Shown one piece after another: positions 27,001-36,100 of a stretch of 64,000 nucleotides of DNA (within the stretch, counting starts at the first letter, position 1; each line of letters begins with the position of its first letter). The position numbers and the translations under genes are program-made. The notes below the pieces were generated by a model that was not told where the DNA came from, ran no database searches, and saw nothing but the letters and a program-made list of their open reading frames with translations. Location: positions 1,769 through 65,768 of the forward strand of contig JAXDQU010000033.1 of the NCBI GenBank assembly GCA_034667685.1, in the 5' to 3' direction. This stretch comes from Thermoplasmata archaeon (lineage in GTDB: Archaea > Thermoplasmatota > SW-10-69-26 > JACQPN01 > JAJPHT01).

Positions 27001-30000
27001 CGACGCGATCCCGCCCGCCCTCGCGCGCACGCCCGACCTGACGCAGGGCGCCGCCGTCGCGGGCGTGGGCATCGTCGCCAACCTCGGCACCGGCGCCAGC
27101 GACAAGACGTTCACCGCGGGCGAGCGCTCGCAGGCCTACGCGGCCTACGGCGGCCTCGCCATGCTGCTATCCGCGTCCGGCTCCGACGTCTACACGGCCG
27201 GCGCGCTCAGCCAGGCCGCGGCGCAGACGCAGGGCGTCTCGCTCTTCCTCGCCTCCGACGGCAACGACCGCTACGTCCTCACCGACCCCGTCACGCCGCG
27301 CGTGCGCAACGACGGCTACGTCCCCAGCGCGGGCGACCGCGCCAGCGCGACGTTCCTCGACCTGGGCGGCGCCGACGTCTACGACCTCGACGCGCCCGCC
27401 GCGTGCGAGGCGCAGCACTGCGCGTTCCTCCCCTCGGGCGGCTCGGCCGGCGCGATCCCGCCCGCCAAGAACCAGCGCGCGTGGGTCTCGCAGGACCGCG
27501 CCGCCGCCAGCACCGGCGGCGCGGGCGTCGACGCCGACATCGTGGACACCTACGTGCGCAACCAGCTCGCGCCCACGCTCGAGACGGCGCTCTACGCGCA
27601 GGCCGCGCTCACGCGGCTGGGCATGAGCCCCGCGGACCCCGCGGCCCCCTTCGGCTGCGCGCCGGGCCAGGTCCCCACGCGCAACTGGAGCGCGGCCGTC
27701 TCGAACCCCGTGCTCTCGGGCACCGTCTGCCTGCGCGCGCACGTGGACCTCACGCCGCGCGCCCAGTCGGCCAGCACCACGATCGACCACGTGGACTTCC
27801 TGCTCGACGGCCGCCCCGTCCTCTCCGTCCCCAACCCGGACCCCGCCGCCGCGGTCGTCGACCTCGCGGGCCTGCTCGACACGACGCGCTATCTCGAAGG
27901 CGTGCACGACCTCACCGCGCGCACCGCCATCCGCGTCGCCATCCAGCCGCCCGCCGGCAGCAACGCCCCCGTCTCGACGATGCTGCTCTACGACGACTCC
28001 TCGGCCTCGCTGACGCCCGATCCTTCCAGCGCGCGCGTGCTGGTGAGCAACGCGCCGCTCCCCTCGCTCGCGCTGGCGCCCGCCTTCGCCACGACGAACG
28101 CCTCGGCGGTCGTCTCCGCCATCGCGTCCGACCCGACCAAGGCGCGCCTCGACGCGACGTACGCCGTCTCGCACGACGCCGACGAGGAGCGCCTCAACGC
28201 GTTCATGCGCTGGGCCCCCTCCGCCGAGCAGTCCGCGATCCCGTGCGAGCCCGCCGCGACGCGCCTGTGCAGCCTGCTGCCGCTCTACCTGCCCGACCCC
28301 GCGCTGGGCACCAACCTCACGACGACGCCCACCAACGCCGCGCTGGGCACCGCGTACGGGGAGCAGGGCGACGCGCAGGCCTTCTCCGTGAAGACCTCGA
28401 CGCTGGGCACGCCGCTCACCATCGCGACGAAGGACGCCTTCCACGTCCACCTCAACGACCACACGCCGCTGCTCCCCGGCCAGGCGTACACGACGCGCAT
28501 CCTCGTCCACCTCGACGGGCCCTCGGGCTCCAAGCTCCAGGTGGGCGGCCAGGACGTGCTCCTCGCCAACGCGACCGTCGTCAACGACTTCACGACGCCC
28601 GGCGCGACCGCCGGAGGCCTCCTGGGCGACAACTACGCCGCGACGCGCGGCACCGTGTACGGCGCGTTCGAGGACGGCGAGCAGGGCGTCGCCGGCCTGC
28701 GCCACTTCGACCCGGGCCCGGCGCTGGGCGCGCTCCTGCAGAACTGCTGCCTGATCCCGTCGGTCTCGCACACCGTCTCCGACAAGCTCAACGGCACCTC
28801 CGAGGCGGGCACGCTGGACCCCTACACGGAGACCGCCGCCAACACCACCGAGGGGAACCTGCCCGCCACCGACACGGGCTTCTCCGACTTCTTCCTCGAC
28901 CTCCAGGACTCGCCCGCGCTGCGCAGCCTCGGCGTCGTCCCCAGCGCGGACGGCACGGGCCTCACGATCCCGCCCGGCTACGGCATCAGCCTGGAGATCT
29001 TCGACGCGCCGAACACCGTCGTCGTCCCCGAGCACACCGGCGACTCCCTCGACACCGTCGAGGAGACCTACGGCAGCACGCTCAACCAGGTCGGCATCGT
29101 CAGCACGCCCGTGCTCCCCCTGACCGCGCTCCTGGGCCAGGACTACAGCGAGAGCCTCGACCGGCTCGTGCTCCCCACGCACGTCGTCGACCCCGCGCTC
29201 CCCGCGGTCACGGACCAGACGATCAACGTCACCGCGGCGCTCATCGCCCCCGTCGACAACGTGAAGCAGTCGCTCCAGCAGTCGACGCTCAACAAGACGC
29301 TCTCGAACGGCCCGCCCGTCGCGTTCTTCTTCACGGGCACCGGCGACGCGACCTCGCAGAGCCGCCTCGACGTGCGCGTGCCCGCCGAGCCCTCGACCCT
29401 CGTGACCCTGCAGGTCCTCGACGCCGCGGGCACCGTGCGCCGCACGCTCGTCTCCGAGCGCCCCACCGCGGGCAGCCTCCCCGGCCAGGCCGACAGCGCG
29501 GACGCCTCCAGCTTCGCGCCCCACGTCGTCTACCTGCGCAACGGCACCGGCTCGCCCTACTCGCGCCTCGGCGCCGCCTGGCGCGGCGAGGACGACCACG
29601 GCAACCGCCTGCCCGACGGCGTCTACACGGTCCGCCTGGCCGCGCAGGACCCCGCCAACCCCGCGGTCGCGCTCACGCAGAACGCGCTGCTCGACTCGAC
29701 GCCGCCCCTCACGACGATCACCACGCCGGACCACATCAGCAGCGCGATGCTCGTGGACAATGGCATCCCGCTCGCGTGGAGCGTCGCCGAGGGCGACACC
29801 GGCTCGGGCGTCAGCACGACGCGCCTCTACGTCTGGAACGGCCAGGGCAGCCTCGCCGACCCGACGAAGTGGGTCGCCGCCTCCGTCTTCGGCGCGGCCG
29901 AGGGCGACAACGAGTTCGACGGCAGCACCACCGCGGTCCACGCCAAGGCGCCTGGCGCGACGCCCACCACCTCCTACTGGATGGCGATCAGCCGCGACTT

Positions 30001-33000
30001 CGCCGGCAACGTCGAGGCCGCGTGCCGCACCACCTGCGACCCCGGCCTGCGCACGGCGGAGGACTTCTACAAGGCCGCCATCGCCAACAAGCTCGCGCTG
30101 GGCGCGGGCGTCGGCTACAAGGCGATCACGCTCGACACGCAGCCGCCCAGCATCGTGGTCCCCGCCGACCAGGTCGCGGGCCTCGGCGGCCTCAGCCTCA
30201 ACCACGTCTCGTTCCACGGCACGCCCGCGTACTTCGTGCCCGGCGGCCAGCCCGTCGCGTTCCGCGTGTGCGCGCAGGACGCCAACTCGCCCGGCCAGGC
30301 CGTCGCGCACGTCGCCGTCACGTTCGACTACATCGACCCCGTCTCGCTCGACGTCACCTCGTACTCGCGCGACGCCGCCCTCGACTCCACGGGCGCCCCC
30401 TGCCCCGCGGGCTATCAAAAGTGGGCCTTCGGCGGATGGGGCGCGGAGGACGCGAACAAGACGCTCTTCCCCGACGGCGCGTGGACCGTCTCCGCCGCCG
30501 CCTACGACGCCGCCGGCAACGTCGTCATCGAGGGCTTCGACCCCGTCATCCTCGACAGCCAGGCGCCCAACGTCACCGCGCAGGCGCCCATCTACCCCGC
30601 CGGCCAGAGCGCCGTGAAGCCCGGCGACTCGCTCACCCTGCGCCTGAGCGCGGCCGATGCGTTTGGGCTGGACGACGCGCCCGGCAGCATCGTCTTCGAC
30701 GCCACCGCGCTCAACCAGACGCCCGGCAACGTCGCCGCCCGTCCCGCGCGCGAAGGCACCCAGATCTTCCAGGAAGCCACCTTCCGCGTCGACAAGCGCG
30801 GCCTCGTCGACGGCCACGCCTACCTCGTCGCGGCCACCGTGCGCGACCGCGCGGGCAACCCCACCCGGGTAACGTTCCAGATCCCGGTGAGCTTTGCGTC
30901 GTTCTCGTTCAACCAGAGCGGCAGCGCGACGAGCGCCTCGGGCGTGCGCGTGCTCAACGTGGGCTACGACAGCGTCACGCTCGCGTGGAACACCAGCTCG
31001 CCCACGACCGGCTACGTCCGCTACGGCACGAGCAACGCGACGATGGCCGACGGCCCGCGCAACGAGACGCTCGCCTACGCGCACGTCGTGACGCTCGCCG
31101 GCCTCGCGCCCAGCACGCGCTACCTCGTGCGCGCCGGCTCCACGAGCGCGGGCGGCGTCGTCAACCTGAGCGACCCGCTCGCGGTCACCACCGCCAGCGC
31201 GCTCTACCTGACGCTGACCTCCCCGCAGCCCTCCGCGGACGGCAAGCCCGTGCCCCTCTCGGGCGCGGTCCCCATCCTCTTCCAGGGCGGCCTGCGCGGC
31301 GCCGGCGGCCTGGTGCGCTACACGCTCCAGACGCGCGCCTCGCCCCACGACCCGTGGACGTTCGTCACCACGCTCACGCAGGGCGGCGACACGCACGCGC
31401 TCTCGCTCAACAGCAGCCGCTACCTCGACGGCGCGAGCTATCAGATCATGCTCACCGCCGAGGCCGGCCCCGACGCGGCGCACATGGACAGCCAGAGCAC
31501 GCCCGCGCTCGGGCCCTTCCTGCTCGACAACACGCCCCCCGACGTGGAGGTCGTGGCGCCGCTGGTCGCGACGAAGGACGCGCAGCCCACGCTCGTGGCC
31601 AGCGCGGACGACAACCTTGCCGGCTTCGGCGCGGCGCCCGCCTCGCTCGCGATCGACGGGCAGCCCGTGGGCCGCGCGCTCAACGCCACCGGCACGGCAG
31701 AGGGCATCTCGCTGCGCTACGCGATCCCCACCGCGCTCGCGGAGGGCCCGCACACGTTCGACCTGCGCGTCGTCGACCGCGCCGGCAACCTCGCCGAGCA
31801 GGTCTGGACCGTCGTGGTCGACAACGACCCGCCCCTCGCGCTCGTCAACCCGACCGGCTTCGCGCCCGGCCTCGCCGCGGCCAAGGCGGGCGGCACGGTC
31901 ACGCTGAACCTGACGCTCACCGACGCGAGCGGCGTGGCCAGCGCGACGGCCGACACCTCGGGCCTCTCCTCGCAGGCGACGACCCGGCTCGTCCGCCTCC
32001 CCGGCACGAGCTTCTACGGCGGCACGGCGCCCGTCACGCTCGCCAGCCCCGCGGTCTCGGTGCCGGTCCACGTGGCCATCCTCGACCTCGCCGGCAACGA
32101 GCGCGACCTCACGATCCCGGTCGTCGTGGACAACACGCCGCCCGTCGCGCAGGAGCCCACGCTCACCAGCGTCGACTACACGCGCGCCGTCGTCAGCGTC
32201 GTCACCAGCGAGCCCGCGGTCCTCCAGGGCGCGGCCACCGCGTCCGGCAGCCCGCCCGTGAGCGCCGCGACGACGAGCCTCGTGGCGAGCCCCGCGCTGG
32301 AGCTGAAGGGCCTGCTGCCCAGCCGCACCTACGCGTACGAGATCAAGGTGCTCGACGCCGCGGGCAACGCGGTCACCGTCTCGGGCAACCTCGCCACGAA
32401 GGTCGACAGCGAGGCGCCCAGCAAGGTCGGCGCGAACGTCCCCGGCTCGGGCGTCTCGGTCGACGACCTGCTCAACGGCACGTTGCGCCTCTCCTGGCCC
32501 CCGGCCACCGACAACGTCGGCGTGTCGGTCTACCGCGTCTACCGCAGCGACGACGGCGGCGCGACGTACAAGCCGATCGCCGAGGTCCAGGGCCTCTCCT
32601 ACGACGACGCCGGCCTCGCGCTGGAGAAGAAGTACGCCTACGAGGTCGTCGCGGTCGACTACGGCGGCAACGAGGGCCTGCCCTCCACGCCGATCACCGC
32701 GAGCGCCACGGAGGCGCCCAGCCTCTCCGCCGGAGCGGCGACGCCCACCCTCGGAAGCACCTCGACGCTCTTCCGCTACGTCGTCACCTACATGAGCCCG
32801 GGGAACGTCGCGCCCGCCTACGTGCACCTCGTGCTCGACGGCGTGCCGGTCAACATGACTTCTGCGGGCGCCGGGACGTACGTCTACGAGACGAAGCTCG
32901 CGCCGCACAAGCGCGACGCGCCCCACACGTACTCGTTCGAGGCGAGCGACGGGCGTTACGTCGTGAAGTTCCCGCTCGACGGGAAGCCGCTGCGCGGTCC

Positions 33001-33160
33001 GCTCGTCACGATCGACGGCTCGGACGCCGGCGCCACCGGCTTCGCGGCCTTCGCGCAGCGCGTCCCCCTGGGCGGCGCGGCGCTCGTCTCCGTCGCGCTC
33101 GTCGCGGCCGCCGCGCTTGCGGCGCTCGTCCTGCGCAAGAAGAAGGAGGGATCCAAGTGA
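21080..33160 (+). CDS. Giant surface protein 1 (4,026 aa): N-terminal anchor, helical modules, beta-solenoid-like repeats, Ig-like/FN3 units, C-terminal TM with basic tail
   Basis: TTG start 7 nt after GGAGG (21068-21072). Hydrophobic LKVLAGTLALITLASALPLAVYL, then a P/S/T linker. At least 15 [LV][LV]D[LA]GGxDxY repeats. One DSDGD Ca-loop (24044). FlgD-Ig-like GVYTVRLAAQD. Units delimited by LD[TSN]xPP. Two FN3-like units (about 30940-31200 and 32440-32700). Ends VPLGGAALVSVALVAAAALAALVLRKKKEGSK. Strong G/C third-position bias and low Arg content, unlike the overlapping ORFs. Confidence 0.85.
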   Translation: MKRATALKVLAGTLALITLASALPLAVYLENQAAKGATSGASPTDEGAPDATGPLPFGPSAGTDPSSTPQAPAGGPSSLPPASDATFFAARPSSAGGTGSPLVDEILGAAHTMGLKDVQVPALPTQQLPATNPLRFAIVAWIAATGSKVPADQLSTQLAQADALPQPLQKDLALVILSAAQASILQQVALAKLSPADVAWVYAHPELADQLAKGVSTPDTQRLAALAGKVDMKSSLEASLLVVEAVEATRGDLASYQAKHVLEAAPALAQDPSTAALIRLIASASGGLSDADKIRLAARIVATSAHLPAPAEPTPIASFADAVQGLVKASSMAPDPAALSAALARADALPADLQTALATMVSAESNAINAANPQLYTPTGRLDALVDVLMATAYAMPTLEKYNLFWRDAPSALRVGQWTPAAAAGYALEESALLLSARGDPVAVARAEGYLHGGGLVSPTIPARTLTEAYAALEAQARLTPDAKALASVDQAAATLAPAVRDAAAIMMSGAAESARYQRLAFANLTPQEQAWLTTQTLGLDGLYAQASPTQAQLDALARASLLAERVNATALANAEVVGVMALAQARQTLASAGYAAQAEDVRAAPTIWARLAALLPVGSASAQSAACVDLGSSIQVGVVDNDCANDVLLRIHLSVLPSSSSPECDGSSCWAHFGDANDEALVLLGTGGSNLMPETGTRFECAESPAYAQDRAGGAAMCADGSSFPSQTVQVPRYGAATVLLDLGGSDTYDRPVAATSVNATLPVSLHLDMGGSNVYLDPTSLYDGRDPMIVAVGRDAGMPTEGSAEFGGVAVLFDADSAASDSYTARTHGIGFGRFGLGMVVDLGGNDLYAGGNFTQGAGSEEYNLGGGILLDAGGNDRYVATVIRGAAQGYGLGGVLLDVQGKDSYTNRHDPLGLPASRLNVLPGGDLGSLSSRGDNRVWIDGDSGVNVGLGLDEDASTGPNLGRGLPGIEDFVAQEQGRVGAIAQDSDGDTFPDFIESAFGTDPHGAASYPAGFPRGPILDLPLQGNSVNDDGGKVSNDAPPGTPVGSDKIVDLRLPTHNLGGLDGVCLGREHLNASGLDGSLASVSGGTPVSDNVDGQAAGTDQGDTLHGQDCAPTSITFGPNGTGSDQSNQDNFSFQLPTGILAIGDSVDTTYSVDYLVAIDLGGNDRFLDVAGGATPILTTPSEATATSSSITGTTVSYQQAFLAPTLAINVDPSLVVQAIRDPQPGCGCDAYLPAKSTGGDYSQGSMYGVLVDTGGSDRYFARNVSQGAVGGVLLDLSGTDLYFANSLSQGASLAGFGTGVNGATGLPSGDGRFLGKDSADRRAVPGLLLDAASASDALGGANFFQAASNSQGFARGFPLGAALNTGSGGAGPANNTVCDLDTQGFGTKGSGSCQQSPDAVGLLISAGPNTFDSYAGQTKVQGVGGGRGLGALFDLGSTADSYAAQGAISQGAPLGEATSAGTGIYDPAGNATEPGAGLLVDLAGGAGGNAYTLGAQTRDRAGHVTITRADAPVYVSPGGTQVGGAHLYDDVGIDADLNATSADASHPTAAGILPAIFGGDVQGSAGKLLDIPAARLAIGDSTGTAYNGTDYALIVDLGGANAYNDTGAGFVADALASAEAQPSGQSCVAAACERPTLSLYPVSLLLDAGSAGSSHVASRPLSQGAGFFSVGVLADLGGNDAYSVVSSPQLSFGLGWAPRVPVFDGNVNYGPGAEWNATLRSRNATQDVITRPAGSTLNLTSLQDPRLVSPFKVTMENDGRALYLAIEGLTRSTAATGVSGSAYGKQGDRLSVDINPGATHAVFDAALNRTGLLRVGLNMQNDGSACAPPIVEAMNVTPTGQLFSPDAASAVIGKCRVANGRFYAEIAVPLLPGLTRDPLALAYTQDADGKLHYCANVPGCVDDAAFAVRLQFHENATGNDYAWPAGTTDVEGAFNATSSQPSSTPPGSVVPFMLDWATVQLAQAGSDAIPPALARTPDLTQGAAVAGVGIVANLGTGASDKTFTAGERSQAYAAYGGLAMLLSASGSDVYTAGALSQAAAQTQGVSLFLASDGNDRYVLTDPVTPRVRNDGYVPSAGDRASATFLDLGGADVYDLDAPAACEAQHCAFLPSGGSAGAIPPAKNQRAWVSQDRAAASTGGAGVDADIVDTYVRNQLAPTLETALYAQAALTRLGMSPADPAAPFGCAPGQVPTRNWSAAVSNPVLSGTVCLRAHVDLTPRAQSASTTIDHVDFLLDGRPVLSVPNPDPAAAVVDLAGLLDTTRYLEGVHDLTARTAIRVAIQPPAGSNAPVSTMLLYDDSSASLTPDPSSARVLVSNAPLPSLALAPAFATTNASAVVSAIASDPTKARLDATYAVSHDADEERLNAFMRWAPSAEQSAIPCEPAATRLCSLLPLYLPDPALGTNLTTTPTNAALGTAYGEQGDAQAFSVKTSTLGTPLTIATKDAFHVHLNDHTPLLPGQAYTTRILVHLDGPSGSKLQVGGQDVLLANATVVNDFTTPGATAGGLLGDNYAATRGTVYGAFEDGEQGVAGLRHFDPGPALGALLQNCCLIPSVSHTVSDKLNGTSEAGTLDPYTETAANTTEGNLPATDTGFSDFFLDLQDSPALRSLGVVPSADGTGLTIPPGYGISLEIFDAPNTVVVPEHTGDSLDTVEETYGSTLNQVGIVSTPVLPLTALLGQDYSESLDRLVLPTHVVDPALPAVTDQTINVTAALIAPVDNVKQSLQQSTLNKTLSNGPPVAFFFTGTGDATSQSRLDVRVPAEPSTLVTLQVLDAAGTVRRTLVSERPTAGSLPGQADSADASSFAPHVVYLRNGTGSPYSRLGAAWRGEDDHGNRLPDGVYTVRLAAQDPANPAVALTQNALLDSTPPLTTITTPDHISSAMLVDNGIPLAWSVAEGDTGSGVSTTRLYVWNGQGSLADPTKWVAASVFGAAEGDNEFDGSTTAVHAKAPGATPTTSYWMAISRDFAGNVEAACRTTCDPGLRTAEDFYKAAIANKLALGAGVGYKAITLDTQPPSIVVPADQVAGLGGLSLNHVSFHGTPAYFVPGGQPVAFRVCAQDANSPGQAVAHVAVTFDYIDPVSLDVTSYSRDAALDSTGAPCPAGYQKWAFGGWGAEDANKTLFPDGAWTVSAAAYDAAGNVVIEGFDPVILDSQAPNVTAQAPIYPAGQSAVKPGDSLTLRLSAADAFGLDDAPGSIVFDATALNQTPGNVAARPAREGTQIFQEATFRVDKRGLVDGHAYLVAATVRDRAGNPTRVTFQIPVSFASFSFNQSGSATSASGVRVLNVGYDSVTLAWNTSSPTTGYVRYGTSNATMADGPRNETLAYAHVVTLAGLAPSTRYLVRAGSTSAGGVVNLSDPLAVTTASALYLTLTSPQPSADGKPVPLSGAVPILFQGGLRGAGGLVRYTLQTRASPHDPWTFVTTLTQGGDTHALSLNSSRYLDGASYQIMLTAEAGPDAAHMDSQSTPALGPFLLDNTPPDVEVVAPLVATKDAQPTLVASADDNLAGFGAAPASLAIDGQPVGRALNATGTAEGISLRYAIPTALAEGPHTFDLRVVDRAGNLAEQVWTVVVDNDPPLALVNPTGFAPGLAAAKAGGTVTLNLTLTDASGVASATADTSGLSSQATTRLVRLPGTSFYGGTAPVTLASPAVSVPVHVAILDLAGNERDLTIPVVVDNTPPVAQEPTLTSVDYTRAVVSVVTSEPAVLQGAATASGSPPVSAATTSLVASPALELKGLLPSRTYAYEIKVLDAAGNAVTVSGNLATKVDSEAPSKVGANVPGSGVSVDDLLNGTLRLSWPPATDNVGVSVYRVYRSDDGGATYKPIAEVQGLSYDDAGLALEKKYAYEVVAVDYGGNEGLPSTPITASATEAPSLSAGAATPTLGSTSTLFRYVVTYMSPGNVAPAYVHLVLDGVPVNMTSAGAGTYVYETKLAPHKRDAPHTYSFEASDGRYVVKFPLDGKPLRGPLVTIDGSDAGATGFAAFAQRVPLGGAALVSVALVAAAALAALVLRKKKEGSK
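23297..27390 (+). repeat. Degenerate protein-level repeat array [LV][LV]D[LA]GGxDxY...QGA (putative beta-helix/solenoid) within giant protein 1
   Basis: Examples: LLDLGGSDTY, HLDMGGSNVY, VVDLGGNDLY, LLDAGGNDRY, LLDVQGKDSY, AIDLGGNDRF, LVDTGGSDRY, LLDLSGTDLY, IVDLGGANAY, LADLGGNDAY, LLSASGSDVY, FLASDGNDRY, FLDLGGADVY. Confidence 0.6.
33145..33160 (+). promoter_or_regulatory. Translational-coupling junction: GGAGG, 7 nt, then GTGA (start of giant 2 overlaps stop of giant 1)
   Basis: aaGGAGGgatccaaGTGAcc; GTG 33157-33159 and TGA 33158-33160. Nearly the same layout as 45725-45741. Confidence 0.7.
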
Positions 33161-36100
33161 CCATCGCCGCCCAGTTCCCCAAGACGGCCGCGCTCCTCGT
33201 GACGCTCCTCATGGCCATGCCCGTGAGCGGCGTCGCGGGCGCCCAGTCCCTCCCGGACGTGCCGCGCATCCCCAGCCTCCCGCTGCCGGGCCCGCACGAC
33301 CACTGCGTGCAGTCCGAGCTCACCCAGCCGCAGCTCCTCGCCGACCTCAACGCGGCCCTGGGCGGCGACCTCTACTTCGCCGACGACCACGGCGCGCCCG
33401 TGCTCTGCGGCGCCGACAACCAGCCCCTCGCGCAGTACGCGACGCTCATGGCCGAGGGCAAGGGCGTCATCGAGCAGTACAATGCGACCGCGGCGCTGCT
33501 CCAGCGCCAGGCCGACGAGCGCGACCGCGCCACCCTGCCGCAGGGTGATATCATCTACCCGACCTTCCCGCTCCTCAAGGACGACTTCAACGGCCACCGC
33601 GTCGGCGGCGTGGGCGCCTGGAGCGTCGTCACCGAGCACGGCGAGGACCCGCTCATCCGGCTCGCCGACACGACGGACGCCAACGGCACGCGCGCCGAGT
33701 ACCGCTTCGGCGACGCGACCGGCTACGCGCGCGGCGCGCACCAGTGGCTCGTCTCGCCCATGATGGACCTCGACGCGGTGCGCGGCAACGCCGACGCGCT
33801 GCGCTCGCTCCTGGCGGCCGAGGACGCCGCCATCAGGACGCTCGCCACGCTCTGCGACCAGGGCTCGCTGGGCAGCTCCCCGACGATCCCGCCGGACCCC
33901 AACGACCTGGGCAACCCGTCGCGGGGCCCCGGCGGCCAGAGCCCGCTGAGCGTCGTGTGCGGCCGCAACGAGATCCCCGTCCCCTTCCTCGAGCAGTCGC
34001 CCTACGACAAGCCCGGCCAGGTCCTCGTGGCCGCGATGACGCAGCAGGTCAAGGGCATCACCGCGAAGCTGCCGCTCGTGCGCGACGCGGCGACGCTCAC
34101 CTTCGGCTACCGGTTCAACCTCGCCAACCAGACCGACGGCGTGCGCGCGTGGCTCTACCTGGGCGACGACGCGCCCGACCGCAGCACGCTCTTCGACGCG
34201 ACGCGCTTCGGCACCGGCGCCTCGCAGGCCGCGCTCGACGACGCCGCGATCCGCGAGGCGAACTCCGCGGGCGCGAAGCAGAACGCGTGCAACAACGGCG
34301 GCGGCAACGTCGACCCGATCCTCTGCCACGACGCGGGCACGGGCGGCATCCTGCTCGACCCCGAGGCGACGACGGGCCGCAACGGCGGCGCGTGCGCGCT
34401 CCGGGACATGGCGCCCGTCGCGGCCTTCCGCGACGACGCGAGCGCGGACCCGGACCAGGCGTGCGCCTTCACCGGCGACCACGCGGGCACGCTGCGCTTC
34501 GACCTGACCAACCACACGGGCCAGCGCGCCTGGCTCCTCCTGGAGGTCAAGACCGTCGCGCCCAGCGGCCGCGCCGGCGACGCCGGCTTCTTCCAGGACG
34601 CCTCCTCCTTCCCGCGCCAGACGGGCTTCGGCTTCGAGCTCCAGCGCGTCGACGCCGAGGGCCAGGCCTGGTACCGCAACGTGCGCGTCGAGAACGTCGG
34701 CTTGAACCTCCCGCACACGCCCGCGGGCAACCCCGCCGGCGACGACCCGGCCACCGTGCGCATCGTGGCGCCCGGCCTGGCCGCGCCGCCCGTCGCGGTC
34801 GACCTGCTCAACGCCGGCGCCGAGGTCGAGAACGGCACGCTCCGCGTCTCCGCCAGCCTCCGCGAGGACGACGGCACGCTCGCGGGCGCCGTCGACCTCG
34901 CCGGCGAGACGCACGTCGTCAACCTCACGCCCGGCGAGGCGCGCCGCGTCTGGTTCTCGTGGACGCAGCCGCCCGTCGAGGGCCGGCGCTACGCGCTCAG
35001 CGCCGCGCTCACGGGCGACGACGCCACCACCAACACCGGTGATATCACCAACCTCAACACGACGACCGCCACGCAGCCCAACGCGACCGCGGCGCGCCTG
35101 CCCAACATGGCCAGCCAGCCCGGCGGCGTCGACCACACGACGGCCAGCGTCGACGCGCGCGCCTACGTGCGCCACGCGCTCACCGCGGTGCACGCCGAGC
35201 GCGACGCGGGCGGGGCCCCCCTGGAGGTCTGCTCCGAGATCCGCAACACGATCTGCGCGCCCCAGCCCGCCGCCAAGAAGGGCGAGACGCGCATGCTCCA
35301 GGTGGGCGTGCGCAACGACGGCAGCCAGGACGAGGTCGTCACCGCGCAGCTCCAGCTCTCGCTGGGCGGCGTGGACAAGTCCAGCGCGATCGTCGATGGC
35401 GCCACGCGCGACGTGGGCGTCCTCGCCCCCGGCGAGACGCGCATCGTCTCGTGGACGCTGATCCCCTCCGACCCGGGCGCCTACGCCGCGACCGCGGTCT
35501 TCACGACGCCCGCGGGCACCACCGTCACGGCCACGCGCCAGGTCTACGTCCAGCGCACGACGGGCATGCTCTGCTTCGACAACGAAGGGAGCGACCGCGA
35601 GTGCGCCCCCGGCTTCGTCCTCTCGCAGCCCGACGCGCTCGCCGGCCTCGACGTGACGGCGGGCTATCAATCCCAGGACGGGCTCGTCGTCGCCACCGCC
35701 ATCCGCCAGGACGCGGGCGCGCTCTACACGCGCAACGCCCAGGGCGCCTGGACCGCGACGCGCGACCTCTCCAACCAGACGCTCGCGGGCGCGCTCCACC
35801 TGGCGACGCCCGCCAACGACACGGGCTTCGGCTCGATCCGCGCCTTCCTCCAGGGACCCGACGCGCTCTACCTCGTGGGCGACAACGGCACCGTCCTGCG
35901 CGACGCGCCCGACGGGCTCACCAGCATCCGCTTCAACGACACCCTCCGCCCCTTCGCGCTCACCACCGCCGCGTGGTGGAACGGCACGCTCTGGGCCGGC
36001 GGCGCGGGGAGCCAGCTCGTCTTCTGGAACCAGTCGGCCCACGAGATGCAGCCCGACCTCAACGTCACCTACTACCGCACCGGCTCGGACGGGAAGCCCG

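Noticed and set aside
26665-33156. The frame of giant protein 2 stays open 6.5 kb upstream of 33157 (ORF 26665-45741), which suggests a 6,358-aa protein overlapping giant protein 1.
   Set aside because: The upstream part is Arg/Pro/His-rich nonsense (PRRQRALLRRDRGAAPSG...). A clean signal peptide begins at GTG 33157, with GGAGG 7 nt upstream and a GTGA overlap with the upstream stop.
33053-33157. PGF-CTERM (ArtA-type) signal at the end of giant protein 1.
   Set aside because: There is no P-G-F tripeptide. The tail reads VPLGG + TM + RKKKEGSK, so it is at best a variant of the VPGPE-type tails of proteins 2 and 3. I reported it only as sorting-signal-like.
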